A stretch of 64,000 nucleotides of DNA from positions 248,001 to 312,000 of the forward strand of contig CP060769.1 in assembly GCA_023205875.1 (NCBI GenBank). The letters are read 5' to 3'. Under the pieces are notes generated by a model, which was not told where the DNA came from, made no database searches, and saw nothing but the letters and a program-made list of their open reading frames with translations. Below, one piece after another: positions 26,894-36,996 of this stretch (within the stretch, counting starts at the first letter, position 1; each line of letters begins with the position of its first letter). A program made the translations under genes and the position numbers. This DNA is from Chloropicon primus. Lineage: Eukaryota.

Positions 26894-29740
26894 CTACGAC
26901 TCGACTTCGACGTCCACTTTGACCTCTTCGACCCGGCACGCAACGACGTCGTCGGGCGGCAGCGGCGCGGCGTCGGCCGCTTCCAGCTCGTGCAGCAGCA
27001 GCCTGGTCCTCCTCTCCACCTCCGCGCAGCTGGGCCGCCGGTGAGGATCGTCGTCCCAGCACCTCTGTATCAGGGACGCCAGCTGCCTGGGGCAATCGCT
27101 TGGTATCTCGGGCCTCTTCTTCTCCACCCCGACGAGCATCACGACCTGGAACGGGATCTCCACCTCCTTCCACGGCGAGTTTCCAGTCCAGCACTCCCAC
27201 AGGATCATTCCCAAGCTGTACACGTCGGCCTTCTCACTTATCCTGTCCGATCCGAAGGATTCCGGGGCCATGTAGGCAGGGGTGCCGTTGCCCTTGGTGG
27301 TGTTCAGGTACGTGGACTGCTTGAACTTGGCGATGCCAAAGTCGGCGACCTTGGCGGACCCGGAGCCATCGATGAGAATGTTCTGGGGCTTCAAGTCCCT
27401 GTGAACGATCGTGGGGTGGAGGTACGCCAGAGCAGACGAGATCTCGTTGGCCAGGGTCAAGATCTCCCTGTAGGTCATCCTTCCCACCTCGTCCAGTCTG
27501 TCCCGCAGGCTTCCTTTCAGGAGCTCCATCACGATGAACACGTTCGGGGGGCACATGCACGCCCCGTGGAGGTTCACCACGTTCTGGTGCTTGACCCTGC
27601 TGAGGACGTCCACCTCCCTCTTGAAGCTCTCCAGCATCGTCTTCGAGGACGTCTCCCTGATGTTCACCAGCTTTACCGCGACGCGGCCGTGCTTCTCGAA
27701 CAGGGCCTCGTAGACGCTTCCATAGGCGCCCGACCCGATGTACCGAAGGGGCTTCACGTCGTTCGGGTTGATCACCTCGAAGAGGTCCCCTTGGGTCGAG
27801 TCTTTGAAGATGTTCGGCAGCGGCAGCTTGGGGCTCTGAGGCAAAATCGCAAAGGGGTTCTTGAAGATGCTCATGCCCAACGCGGAGGTCGGGGAGGGGT
27901 CCGGCGACTCCGTGCTCACCGACGAGCCGTTCAGCTCCTGCAACGACGCCTTGCCGTCCAGCCTGTGGCCAGGTATCCCGCCAGCCTGCAGGTCCCGGAG
28001 GGAAGACTGGGACAGGGTCCTGGCACTGGTGTGGCTCTCCGCGCCGTCGTGGTGCAGGGGCCTCTCCAAGGACTCTTGGCTCCCTCCCATCACGGTAAGC
28101 CTGCCCTGAGCCGGGTTCATGAAGCAGAGCAGGGAGATTCTGTCCGCCCCGCTGCGGGGGCTCCGCGGCTTCTCGCCCTTCTGCGCGGCCAGCGCCCTGC
28201 TCCTCTTGTACAGGAAGATCCCGAGCAGGAGCCCCGCCACGACCACCAAGCTCACGAGGCCGAGGACGATGTAAATCCAAAGCTTCGCGGAGGTCCCGTC
28301 CCCGTGCATGGGGGCCACCCCGTGGTCCCCCGTCGTGGGCACCCCCCTGCAGCAGTACCTCTTGATCACCATGCACCCGACCCCGTACGACGAGTTCCCG
28401 GCTCCGCCTTGGTTGCAGTTGCCCCCCGGGATGCCGAGCTGCCCCATTCCCACCAGCTCGAACCTCTTCGAGTCCTCCAGCGCCTCGAGGTCCGTGCCCC
28501 AGATGGTCCTGTTGCTGACCTCCACGGAGATGTTCTGGTTGATGATCCAGTCCTTCTCCTCGGCCGGCGGCCTGAACGAGTAGTCCTCCGTCTCGTTCAT
28601 CCTCAGGAAGAACTGCCTAGAGTCCAGCTGGATCTCGGGCTGGACCAAGATTCCCGTGGGGCTCGTCAGGTTGTAGGACTTCTGCCCGGTCTCCTCGTCC
28701 AGGATCATGGGGTCCCCCAAGTACTCCAGGGGGGAGAGCCACAGGCCCTCGCCCCCGCTCCCCTCGAAGAAGATCTCCAACACGTAGTCGGCCCCGTCCA
28801 CCGTGGAGTCGCCCACCGTCAGGGGCCTCACCCTCGCCCTCGCACCCAACGCCCCGCAGTCGATCGGCGTGGGGTTGTGGAACGTCCCGTAGACCTCCAT
28901 GCAGCTCGAGAAGGTGACCTTCCACTCGTCCGAGCTCGGGTTGAGCCACACCGAGCCCGGGTTCTTGAAGTAATACTTGACGGAAACCGTGGAGACCTCC
29001 AGGGGCATCGCCCCGGTGTTCACGATGCTGAAGTTGAACTTGGTGAACAGCTTGGGGTACTGGGAGCTCAGGGACTCCTCGTCCGGCTGGTAGAACAGCA
29101 GGACCGAGGGCTCCTGCTCGCTGAGGACGCCCTCGGCGAGCTCCCGGCTGTGGGCGCTTGCCCTCACCGTGGTGTCCGGGTCCTCCACCACGTCCGAGTA
29201 CACGATCTCCTCGCAGACTTGGCCGTTCAGGTAAATCTCCTCGGGCGGGTCCAGGCCCTCCGAGGTGGACGAGTCCCGGTGCGCGATGAACTTGAAGTGG
29301 TCCACCTCGGTCGCCACCCTGACCAAGCTCGAGGGGGGCGAGGGCGAGCCGCTCGCGTTCTTCGACGACCCGCTCGACTCGATCGCGGTGAGGGTCTCCG
29401 GAGTGACCGAGATGAGCGTCTCGTTGTTGGTGAACGCCCACTCCACCAGCTGAGGTGGGTTCCTCCTCTCCCTCGAGGAGGAGGCAGGAAACTCGCTCAC
29501 GTCGATGAACCCCATGAAGAAGGGGTAGTCCCCGTACCCCTCCGTGAGAAAGTAGCCCGCGTTGTACGTCACCACCCGGTGGCACTTCTCGTTCCTGCCC
29601 TTGCTCTCGTCGTCGAAAGGCGCCAGGGCCGTCGCCGTCGTCGCCGTGCCGTCCTCCTCCGCGCAGACCGCCACGGGCGTCAAGGCGACGACGACGACGA
29701 GGGCCAAGGCAGCCAAGGCAGTCCTCGCCGCTCGCGTCAT
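26894..29740 (-). CDS. Single-pass receptor kinase: signal - CBM2-like - CBM3 - TM - TKL/Raf-like kinase
   Basis: Signal peptide; TM LWIYIVLGLVSLVVVAGLLLGIFLY; IGSGAYG, VAVK, HRDLKPQN, DFG and GTPAYMAPE; ectodomain carries CBM3 motifs. Confidence 0.88.
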   Translation of the reverse strand: MTRAARTALAALALVVVVALTPVAVCAEEDGTATTATALAPFDDESKGRNEKCHRVVTYNAGYFLTEGYGDYPFFMGFIDVSEFPASSSRERRNPPQLVEWAFTNNETLISVTPETLTAIESSGSSKNASGSPSPPSSLVRVATEVDHFKFIAHRDSSTSEGLDPPEEIYLNGQVCEEIVYSDVVEDPDTTVRASAHSRELAEGVLSEQEPSVLLFYQPDEESLSSQYPKLFTKFNFSIVNTGAMPLEVSTVSVKYYFKNPGSVWLNPSSDEWKVTFSSCMEVYGTFHNPTPIDCGALGARARVRPLTVGDSTVDGADYVLEIFFEGSGGEGLWLSPLEYLGDPMILDEETGQKSYNLTSPTGILVQPEIQLDSRQFFLRMNETEDYSFRPPAEEKDWIINQNISVEVSNRTIWGTDLEALEDSKRFELVGMGQLGIPGGNCNQGGAGNSSYGVGCMVIKRYCCRGVPTTGDHGVAPMHGDGTSAKLWIYIVLGLVSLVVVAGLLLGIFLYKRSRALAAQKGEKPRSPRSGADRISLLCFMNPAQGRLTVMGGSQESLERPLHHDGAESHTSARTLSQSSLRDLQAGGIPGHRLDGKASLQELNGSSVSTESPDPSPTSALGMSIFKNPFAILPQSPKLPLPNIFKDSTQGDLFEVINPNDVKPLRYIGSGAYGSVYEALFEKHGRVAVKLVNIRETSSKTMLESFKREVDVLSRVKHQNVVNLHGACMCPPNVFIVMELLKGSLRDRLDEVGRMTYREILTLANEISSALAYLHPTIVHRDLKPQNILIDGSGSAKVADFGIAKFKQSTYLNTTKGNGTPAYMAPESFGSDRISEKADVYSLGMILWECWTGNSPWKEVEIPFQVVMLVGVEKKRPEIPSDCPRQLASLIQRCWDDDPHRRPSCAEVERRTRLLLHELEAADAAPLPPDDVVACRVEEVKVDVEVES

Positions 29741-29965
29741 CGCGGAAAGTTTCTTCTTCTGCTCGCCGCCTCTCCTCCTACGCTCCGGAGACCATGGCCT
29801 CCCTCCTCTTGTACGACTACGACGAGACGAGATATCGTAACCGACGCGCGTGACTCCCGTAACCGACGTGACTTCGCGGCGTTGACCGGACGAAACCGCG
29901 CGGTGAGGCGGAGGTGAAGGAAAAGAAAGAGAGCGGAAAAAAAAAAAAGCAAGGTAACCACCAAG

Positions 29966-30003
<38 letters not shown>

Positions 30004-30409
30004 GTGTCTCTCTCGTCGTCCGGAGCGGCAGGCCAATTCTCGCCCCCCTGAAGCCTCCGCAAATCCCACCATCCGTCGGATCGATCGAACCTATCGGAAA
30101 TTATCAAAGAAATGAAATATGGGCACGCGTCCCAAGGACAACGTTGGGATGATGTAATATGGATTGAGGGATGCACCTCCCTCCCTCCCTCCCTCTCTCT
30201 CTTTGTTCTTGATGGAGAGAGGGAACCACTCGTGATTGGCCGCACGTCAATGGCCAATGGTTCCTCCTGCTCCTCCTTTCCCCTTCCACGCAACACACAC
30301 ACACACAATAAGTATCGCATTACATGACAATCCCAATCCCAATCCCCATATAACATAAAACAAAAACACAATGCGATTATGATACAAGCACTTGTGTACA
30401 ACAACAACA

Positions 30410-31312
30410 CTAACTGTCTGCTGTCTTTCTCCTCCCTCCTCCCTTCTCCTCCTCCTCCTCTTCCTCCCCCAGCAGCTTGCGGTCGAAGGCAGCCAAGGCC
30501 TCCCCCTCCAAGTCGCCGCCGTCGCCGCCGTCGCCGCCGCCGTCGTCGAACGAGTACTGCAAGGCGTCGCTTCTCCCCCCGAGGATCTCGTCCAGCCTCT
30601 TCCTCTCCTCGTCCTCCCGCAGAAGAACCCCGGCGTCCCCCAAACCATCTCCCGATTCTTGCTCCCTCCTCCTCGCAAACTCGATCCACTGCCTCTGCGC
30701 CCCCTCCCTCGCCCCGGCCTCCTCCCGCAGGATCGCCCTCTCCACCTGGAGGTGGGCCGCCCCGAGGAGGAGGAGGGGCAGATCGCCCCACCCCAGGCCG
30801 AGAGAGCCTCCCAGGAGCCCGACCGCCGAGGGGGCGCCGTACAGGGCCGCCAAGCACGCGTAGTAGGGCGCGGACCCTCGACCCCTCGGCGCGGCCGCCG
30901 CCTCCTGCCCCCCCGCCACGACGGCGGCCGTCCTCGCGGCGAGGACCCACGGCAGCCAGTTCACCAGCGGCGTGAGGCTCAGGGCGGAAAGGAACAGGGA
31001 GGACACGAGCTCGATCTGCTCCCTCTCCTCCTCCTCCTCCTCCTCGCCGCCGTCGTCAAGGAGTGGTGCTGGTGATTCCGGCGGGAGCATCAGCTCCCTC
31101 GAGGTGGCGTTCGCCCTCTGGTACCTCAGGCACGCCAGGGAGAGCGCCACGACTGAGGCCGCCTCGCTCAGCCCCAGCACCACGGAGGAGAAGGAGGAGG
31201 AGGAGGAGGCAACCGACACTTCAGGGCGAGGAGGACGAGGAGGCCTGGCTTTGGTCAAGCCCTCGGGTGACGGCGACCACCATCTCCTCGTCTCACACGT
31301 CCGTCTCGCCAT
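30410..31312 (-). CDS. Hypothetical multi-pass membrane protein
   Basis: 300-aa ORF with host-like codon bias, a Ser/Arg-rich transit-like N-terminus, several hydrophobic segments and an acidic tail. Confidence 0.6.
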   Translation of the reverse strand: MARRTCETRRWWSPSPEGLTKARPPRPPRPEVSVASSSSSFSSVVLGLSEAASVVALSLACLRYQRANATSRELMLPPESPAPLLDDGGEEEEEEEREQIELVSSLFLSALSLTPLVNWLPWVLAARTAAVVAGGQEAAAAPRGRGSAPYYACLAALYGAPSAVGLLGGSLGLGWGDLPLLLLGAAHLQVERAILREEAGAREGAQRQWIEFARRREQESGDGLGDAGVLLREDEERKRLDEILGGRSDALQYSFDDGGGDGGDGGDLEGEALAAFDRKLLGEEEEEEEKGGGRRKTADS

Positions 31313-32196
31313 CACTCAAGCCAACCCACGAGTCAAAGACCACATCCCTCCTTCATCCCAAGAGCTCTGTCTCTCTGTCTGTCTTTCATCCACTTTCTTT
31401 CCTCCCGAACGAACAACTCCGTGAGCCAAATCGGTCAACCAAGGTACCAGTCGAAAGCTCGCAAGACAAATCTTTCGCCTTCCGATCCTACTCTTCGCCC
31501 CTCTCTCGCTCTCGTCGCCACATTCCTCACTGAATGCGGTCCACTCCTCCACTTCCCTCGCCAGGAATCAATCAATCTCGTTCGGACGGCGGGTCAATCC
31601 TTTGCCAATGCCGTCAACCAAGGTACTGATGGAAAGATCACGAGACGTACTATCGCGTGGTATCCTTGTCACACGCTTCCTCGGTCTCTCTCGTCGCCAA
31701 ATTCCTCGCTGATTGCGGTCCACTCCTGGCTCTCGTGTTTCTTCCCTCCCCCCTTTCATCTTATCTTGTTTCTTCTTTGGGAAATCTACTCCGATTGGGT
31801 TCGTGGCTCTCAGCGCTCCCACGACGCAGATCCCTGAACTGCGCCAAGGGCCACGAGGTGCGGGTCAACTTTGAGCGAGACAACGGCCAAGAGGAAGGCG
31901 GCAGGGGAAAGGGAAAGGAACGCAAGTCCAAGCATCGTCGAATTATCTCTCGATTGATACCTCACTCGCTCTATTTGGTCCACGGAATCGTCTGCCACGT
32001 CTCAGCCTGAGAGGAAGCGATCCGGTGTGAGCGTGAGCGAGCTTGGGCAAACCGACTCGGGCAAGGGAGAGAAGAGGAGCGTTACGAGCGTTGCGTTCGG
32101 CGTGGAACGGAGGGTTGCCTCGTACGCGTTCAGTTTTGATCTCGCTTCGTTCGTTCGCCTCGGTACGAGCTTTTGTTTTGGATTTTTGGATTGAAG

Positions 32197-33489
32197 ATGT
32201 CTCGAACGACGAGTGGCATCCCGACGACGCGATGTTGTGGCGTGGCGTCATCGACGGGGAGCTCGAGGGTTGGGGGTTTGCGGGTGGCCGCTGCGAGGCC
32301 CCTGCGTCGGTCGAGGTTCTCGCCGAGGAGCGGCGCTTACTTGCGCGACAACAAGGCGGACCTCGCGGAGGGCGGCGACGACGAGGGGGTCGTGAAGCGC
32401 GTGAACGGGGAGGCGGGCAAGGCAGCGGCGAAGGCGGAGCTTGCTCGTCAGGAGCTGGAGAGCTTTCTTCAGAGGCAGTCTCTGGCCGCCAGCAGCACGG
32501 GTAAGGATGTGCTCTCTCGCATCCAGTCCCCCGTGGCCGCGGAGATGCAGGAGCAGACGGACGGCCTGAGGAACATCGTGGGGGAGAGGCACCCCCTGCT
32601 CTCCGCGGCCTCGGAGCATCTGTTCCAGGCGGGGGGCAAGAGGGTCAGGCCCCTGATCGCGGTGCTCGTCGCGAAGGCGACGAGGAAGCTGTACGGGCTC
32701 GACGACGTCACCTCGGAGCACATTCGGCTGGCCATGATCACGGAAATGATCCACACGGCTTCGCTGGTGCACGACGACGTCCTGGACGACTGCGAGCTGA
32801 GGAGGGGGAACAGCACCGTCCACAGCTTGTACGGGACAAGGGTTGCCGTGCTCGCGGGGGACTTCCTCTTCGCTCAGTCCTCGTGGTTCCTGGCGAACCT
32901 GAACAACTTGGAGGTGATCAAGCTGATCTCCCAGGTCATCGCCGACTTTGCGGACGGCGAGATCGCCCAAGCCTCCTCCCTGTTCGACGTGGACATGACC
33001 GTGGACAAGTACTTGGACAAGTCCTTCTATAAGACGGCCAGCCTGATTGCCGCGAGCTGCAGGTCGGCCGCGGTCTTCAGCGACTGCACGGAGGGCGAGA
33101 AGTCACTCATGTACGATTACGGGTGCAACTTGGGTTTGGCGTTCCAGATCGTGGACGACATCTTGGACTTTACGCAGACGGAGGAGGAGCTCGGGAAGCC
33201 ACAGGGCCAGGACCTGGCGAGCGGGAACATCACCGCCCCGGCAATCTTGGTGCTGAACGACGGGAACGAGAGGCTCAGGCACCTGCTCAAGGAAGACAGG
33301 TTGCGGTCGGAGGGTTCCCTCCAGGAGGCGATGCGGCTGGTGTTCGAGAACGACGGCATCGAGAAAGCCAAGGACCTCGCGAGGCACCACGGGAACCTCG
33401 CTCTGCAGAGCTTGGAAGTCCTCCCCGAATGCGAGGAGAAAGGTTCCTTGAAGCTGATGGTTGAGTACGTGCTGGAAAGGATCAACTGA
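32197..33489 (+). CDS. SPS: Solanesyl diphosphate synthase (plastid trans-prenyltransferase)
   Basis: Transit peptide; GGKRVRP, HTASLVHDDVLD, AVLAGDFLFAQSSW, FQIVDDILD and YVLERI. Confidence 0.93.
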   Translation: MSRTTSGIPTTRCCGVASSTGSSRVGGLRVAAARPLRRSRFSPRSGAYLRDNKADLAEGGDDEGVVKRVNGEAGKAAAKAELARQELESFLQRQSLAASSTGKDVLSRIQSPVAAEMQEQTDGLRNIVGERHPLLSAASEHLFQAGGKRVRPLIAVLVAKATRKLYGLDDVTSEHIRLAMITEMIHTASLVHDDVLDDCELRRGNSTVHSLYGTRVAVLAGDFLFAQSSWFLANLNNLEVIKLISQVIADFADGEIAQASSLFDVDMTVDKYLDKSFYKTASLIAASCRSAAVFSDCTEGEKSLMYDYGCNLGLAFQIVDDILDFTQTEEELGKPQGQDLASGNITAPAILVLNDGNERLRHLLKEDRLRSEGSLQEAMRLVFENDGIEKAKDLARHHGNLALQSLEVLPECEEKGSLKLMVEYVLERIN

Positions 33490-33630
33490 TGGTCTGAGTC
33501 GAGGGCACTATTTGGACCAGAGGTTGTGTATTTGTGTAAAGTACAGGAAATATTTACAGACAAACAAAATTTTGTAAGTATTGTGATACATCACGCTTCT
33601 TCCCTAGTCATTCTCTATCCTTTATTTCAT

Positions 33631-36015
33631 TCACAGACACAGGGTCTCCTCCTTCTTGGCGTCCTCCTCCTCCTTGGCGTCCTCCTCCTCCTTGGCGTCC
33701 TCCTCCTCCTTGGCGTCCTCCTCCTTCCTGTCGTACTTGTTCGCGTGACTTCTCTTCTTCCTCTCGCCCCTCAGCTCTTCTGGGAACTTCTCAAGCAGCT
33801 GGTCCGTTTCATTGGTGTTGGTGAGCAAATTCACGGTGATCGTTCCCCTCCAGCAGGAGATGGAAAGCGGCTTGCCGTTGAATACGAAGCCGAACCTCTT
33901 TGCGTCCTCGTCCCTCATCATTGCAATGCAGCATCCCATGTTGACCGACCTCAGCTGCTCGAGGGTATCCTCGCTCTTCACGCTCGGGCGCTCGAGCATG
34001 TGCTTCTGCTTGATGTAGGAGGCGCCCTCCGCTGGGGCCTCCTCCCCCTCCTCAGGCTCTAAGCCCGGGGGCGCTTCCGGGATAACGAGAGACCTCTCCC
34101 TCAAAAGAGTGACGAACTCTTCCAGAGTTGGCCTGAAGATCTGCTTGGTCATCAAGGGAAGGATCGCGGGCAAGCCCTCCTGCGTGATTCGGTAGGGCGT
34201 CTTCACGCGCTTGTTGGACTGCTTCTCGAAGATCTTAACCCCAACCGAGGTGACGCGCATGTCCTGCTTCGAGTCCTCGTCCAGAATCTTGCGAACGCTG
34301 TCGCTGACGTAGTAGATGCGCTTGGGCAAAGTTCCGGGAGGTGTCCTGGACACAAAAGATTTCTCGATGTCGAAGTTCTCCCTCTCGATGCCATAGAATT
34401 CCCTCAAGGACTTTTTGACTTCCTCGTCGTTCACTGGCACCACAGGTTCAATGCCCCTCCACCTCCGGCCACCGCTAGCGTGTCCGTCGTTCTTCTCTTC
34501 GCTTGGCTCCTCCTTCTTCGCGGGCTTTGGGGTCTCACTTTTCTTCTGCTTCGGGTACTCTGAGAGCTTCTTGAAGACGGCGACGAAGAATCCACCGGTG
34601 TTGGCGTCGTGGGGCAATATTCTGCTCGACCTCTCCAGGGGGAAGGCATCAGAGGCCGCGTCAGGGAAGCAGCTTCTTGCCACACTTCTCCTCCTCTGCT
34701 CCCCGGTCTCACCCTCCAGGGCCTCGAGCTCCGCGTAGTTCTCGATCCAGCCGATCTTGTCCTTGACCCGCCAAGTCTTCAGCCCCGGCCTTCTCTTCAG
34801 CTCGGGAAGATGGTCAGACACGTCCAAGAGTTCGAACGACCCATCGGTGAGCCTCAAGATCTCTGCCACGACCGCCTCGTTCTCCACAGGATTCAGGGAG
34901 CAGGTGGAGTACACAAGCCTGCCCCCCACCTGCAAGAGCCTGCAAGCCTTCATGGCTATCTGAAGCTGGAGTTTGTGCAGGCCGATGCCCATTCCGCAGT
35001 TCCACCGCCTCCACAGGTCCGGGGCCTTCCTCAGGGTGCCGTCCCCGCTGCAGGGCACGTCGCACAAGATCCTGTCGAACATCATCACCTCGCTGTCGTC
35101 GTCCTTCTTTATGACAGGGAATCTCTGGCCCTCGTGATTCGTCACGATCAGGCACGGGCTCGCCATCCTCTTGGTCTGGTGCGTCAGCAAGTTGCAGCGC
35201 TTGGTGTCGCTGTCGTTGGCCACGACATAGCCTTCTGGGATCCCCCCGTCCTTCGTGGTCTGGGCATGAATCATCTCCAAGAGCTGGAAGGTCTTCGATC
35301 CGGGCGCGGCGCAGGTGTCCAGCACCGTGCTCGATGGCTTGACGTCCAGGAAAAAGGGTGGGATCATGCTGGCGGTCTCCTGCCTCGTGATGTTCCCGGC
35401 CTCCGTCTCCCTCTTCAGAAACTCGTGAAAGTCCGTGAGCGCCTCGAGCTTCCTGATCTGGTTCCTGCTGAACTGAATCTGCCAGCCGTTCTCGTCCGGG
35501 TACCAGGCCAAAGGCTTGAGCGGCTGGAGTTCCTCCTTCCCGTCCGCCGTGATCCCCTCCTCCATCATGCTCTCGATCTTCGTGCAGACCTCGATCTTCG
35601 TGCAGATCTCGTTCTTGAGCTTGTCGCGGATGGCTTTCGCGAAGTTCCCGCTCGAGTTGATCCTAAACGTCGCAGGGAGCTGCCTGCGCAGCGTTTCCAA
35701 GAACTCCTCCCACTCGCTCTCCGCCAGGATGTTCTGAGCCTTGTAATACTCCTCGAAGCTGGCGTTCGTAAGCTGGAAGGGCTTCACGTCGTACGTCGAG
35801 TGCTTGCCTCCATACGCCGGCGTCTGGCTCCTGCTGTCGTACCTCTCCTTCCTCTTGCCGGGGTTCACATCTTGCTGCCACTCGTTCGCCTTCCCCCTTT
35901 TCCTATTCTTCTCGAACTTCTGCCTCCCCCTCCACTGCTTCCTCCTCTTCCCGTTCCCTCCGCCCCTTCCGCCCTGGGACCCCCTCTTCCTCCCGTCCTC
36001 CTCACCAGGTGCCAT
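33631..36015 (-). CDS. NSUN2: tRNA (cytosine-5)-methyltransferase NSUN2/Trm4
   Basis: ITRQE..SMIPP, DTCAAPGSKT, FDRILCDVPCSGDGT.RK, VYSTCSLNP.ENE and TGGFFVA; ATG at 36015. Confidence 0.94.
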   Translation of the reverse strand: MAPGEEDGRKRGSQGGRGGGNGKRRKQWRGRQKFEKNRKRGKANEWQQDVNPGKRKERYDSRSQTPAYGGKHSTYDVKPFQLTNASFEEYYKAQNILAESEWEEFLETLRRQLPATFRINSSGNFAKAIRDKLKNEICTKIEVCTKIESMMEEGITADGKEELQPLKPLAWYPDENGWQIQFSRNQIRKLEALTDFHEFLKRETEAGNITRQETASMIPPFFLDVKPSSTVLDTCAAPGSKTFQLLEMIHAQTTKDGGIPEGYVVANDSDTKRCNLLTHQTKRMASPCLIVTNHEGQRFPVIKKDDDSEVMMFDRILCDVPCSGDGTLRKAPDLWRRWNCGMGIGLHKLQLQIAMKACRLLQVGGRLVYSTCSLNPVENEAVVAEILRLTDGSFELLDVSDHLPELKRRPGLKTWRVKDKIGWIENYAELEALEGETGEQRRRSVARSCFPDAASDAFPLERSSRILPHDANTGGFFVAVFKKLSEYPKQKKSETPKPAKKEEPSEEKNDGHASGGRRWRGIEPVVPVNDEEVKKSLREFYGIERENFDIEKSFVSRTPPGTLPKRIYYVSDSVRKILDEDSKQDMRVTSVGVKIFEKQSNKRVKTPYRITQEGLPAILPLMTKQIFRPTLEEFVTLLRERSLVIPEAPPGLEPEEGEEAPAEGASYIKQKHMLERPSVKSEDTLEQLRSVNMGCCIAMMRDEDAKRFGFVFNGKPLSISCWRGTITVNLLTNTNETDQLLEKFPEELRGERKKRSHANKYDRKEEDAKEEEDAKEEEDAKEEEDAKKEETLCL
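33655..33723. repeat. 18-bp coding minisatellite, about 4 copies, encoding (KEEEDA)n
   Basis: CTTGGCGTCCTCCTCCTC repeated at the NSUN2 C-terminus. Confidence 0.9.
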
Positions 36016-36046
36016 AGTTCCCCTCCCTCCCTCGCTTCGCTCTCTC

Positions 36047-36545
36047 TCTCTCTCTCCCGTCAAAGGAATGCGACCACGGCCACCAAATACTTCAACCGAG
36101 GGCTCTTTCGAAAGATCTCGAGACAAGCTTTCCTTGACCCGACTCTCTTCCCCTTTCCGCTCAGTTCTCGTGCCCGTCTTCGCGCGTATACCTCCTCGTT
36201 GTGGAGCTTCCTGTGCAAACAATTTCCTCTCTCTCCCGTCAAAGGAATGCGACCACGGCCACCAAATACTTCAACCGAGGGCTCTTTCGAAAGATCTCGA
36301 GACAAGCTTTCCCTTGACCCGACTCTCTTCCCCTTTCCGCTCAGTTCTCGTGCCCGTCTTCGCGCGTATACCTCCTCGTTGTGGAGCTTCCTGTGCAAAC
36401 AATTTCCTCTCTCTCCCGTCAAAGGAATGCGACCACGGCCACCAAATACTTCAACCGAGGGCTCTTTCGAAAGATCTCGAGACAAGCTTTCCCTTGACCC
36501 GACTCTCTTCCCCTTCCCGCTCAGTTCTCGTGCCCGTATTCGCGC
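36047..36545. repeat. 179/180-bp tandem repeat, about 2.75 near-identical copies
   Basis: CAAAGGAATGCGACCACGG recurs at 36061, 36240 and 36420. Confidence 0.95.
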
Positions 36546-36996
36546 TCCAAGTCCTCGCTCCCGCTCCTCTCTCGAACGATCGCCGAATCCAGAATGGAAT
36601 TGCGGAAAGCGCGCCGCCAGTCTGCAGCGTTTGGCCTCACGCGAGGGGAGCGAGCGAATCGGTTGGCTTGCTGGAGTTTTGGAGCAAGGGAGGGGTCGAC
36701 AAAGAGAGGGAGAGGAGATATAGACGAAACTAGACGTCGTGATCTTTCCAACGACGGTTCACACGTCTCATTTGGTGCTCGGGTTGGTCGAGGAATCGAC
36801 GACGGAGGACAAAAGGGAAGGGGAAAGTATCCGAGTGAGCCATCTTGTCGAGGTCATTGACGGCGAGGACGTCAAGGAGAGGAGAAGTGGAGGGTACTAG
36901 ACGAAAGAACGTCTTGAGATATTTTCAGCGGTGGGTCCCAGGACTGGTTTGTGGTTCGGAGTGAAGGTCAAGGTCGGTTGAAAGGAGTTTTGCAGG

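Noticed and set aside
30222..30264. Imperfect inverted repeat (GGAACC..ATTGGCC..GGCCAAT.GGTTCC) as an ncRNA hairpin
   Set aside because: Short stems, compatible with chance or paired CCAAT boxes; no family features
31320..32170. Possible hidden gene or ncRNA in the long intergenic region
   Set aside because: No coding bias or recognisable RNA motif by eye; an Infernal/Rfam scan would be needed
36047..36545. CRISPR array or coding repeat
   Set aside because: Contiguous units with no unique spacers, no cas genes and a eukaryotic context; the 179-bp unit breaks the frame
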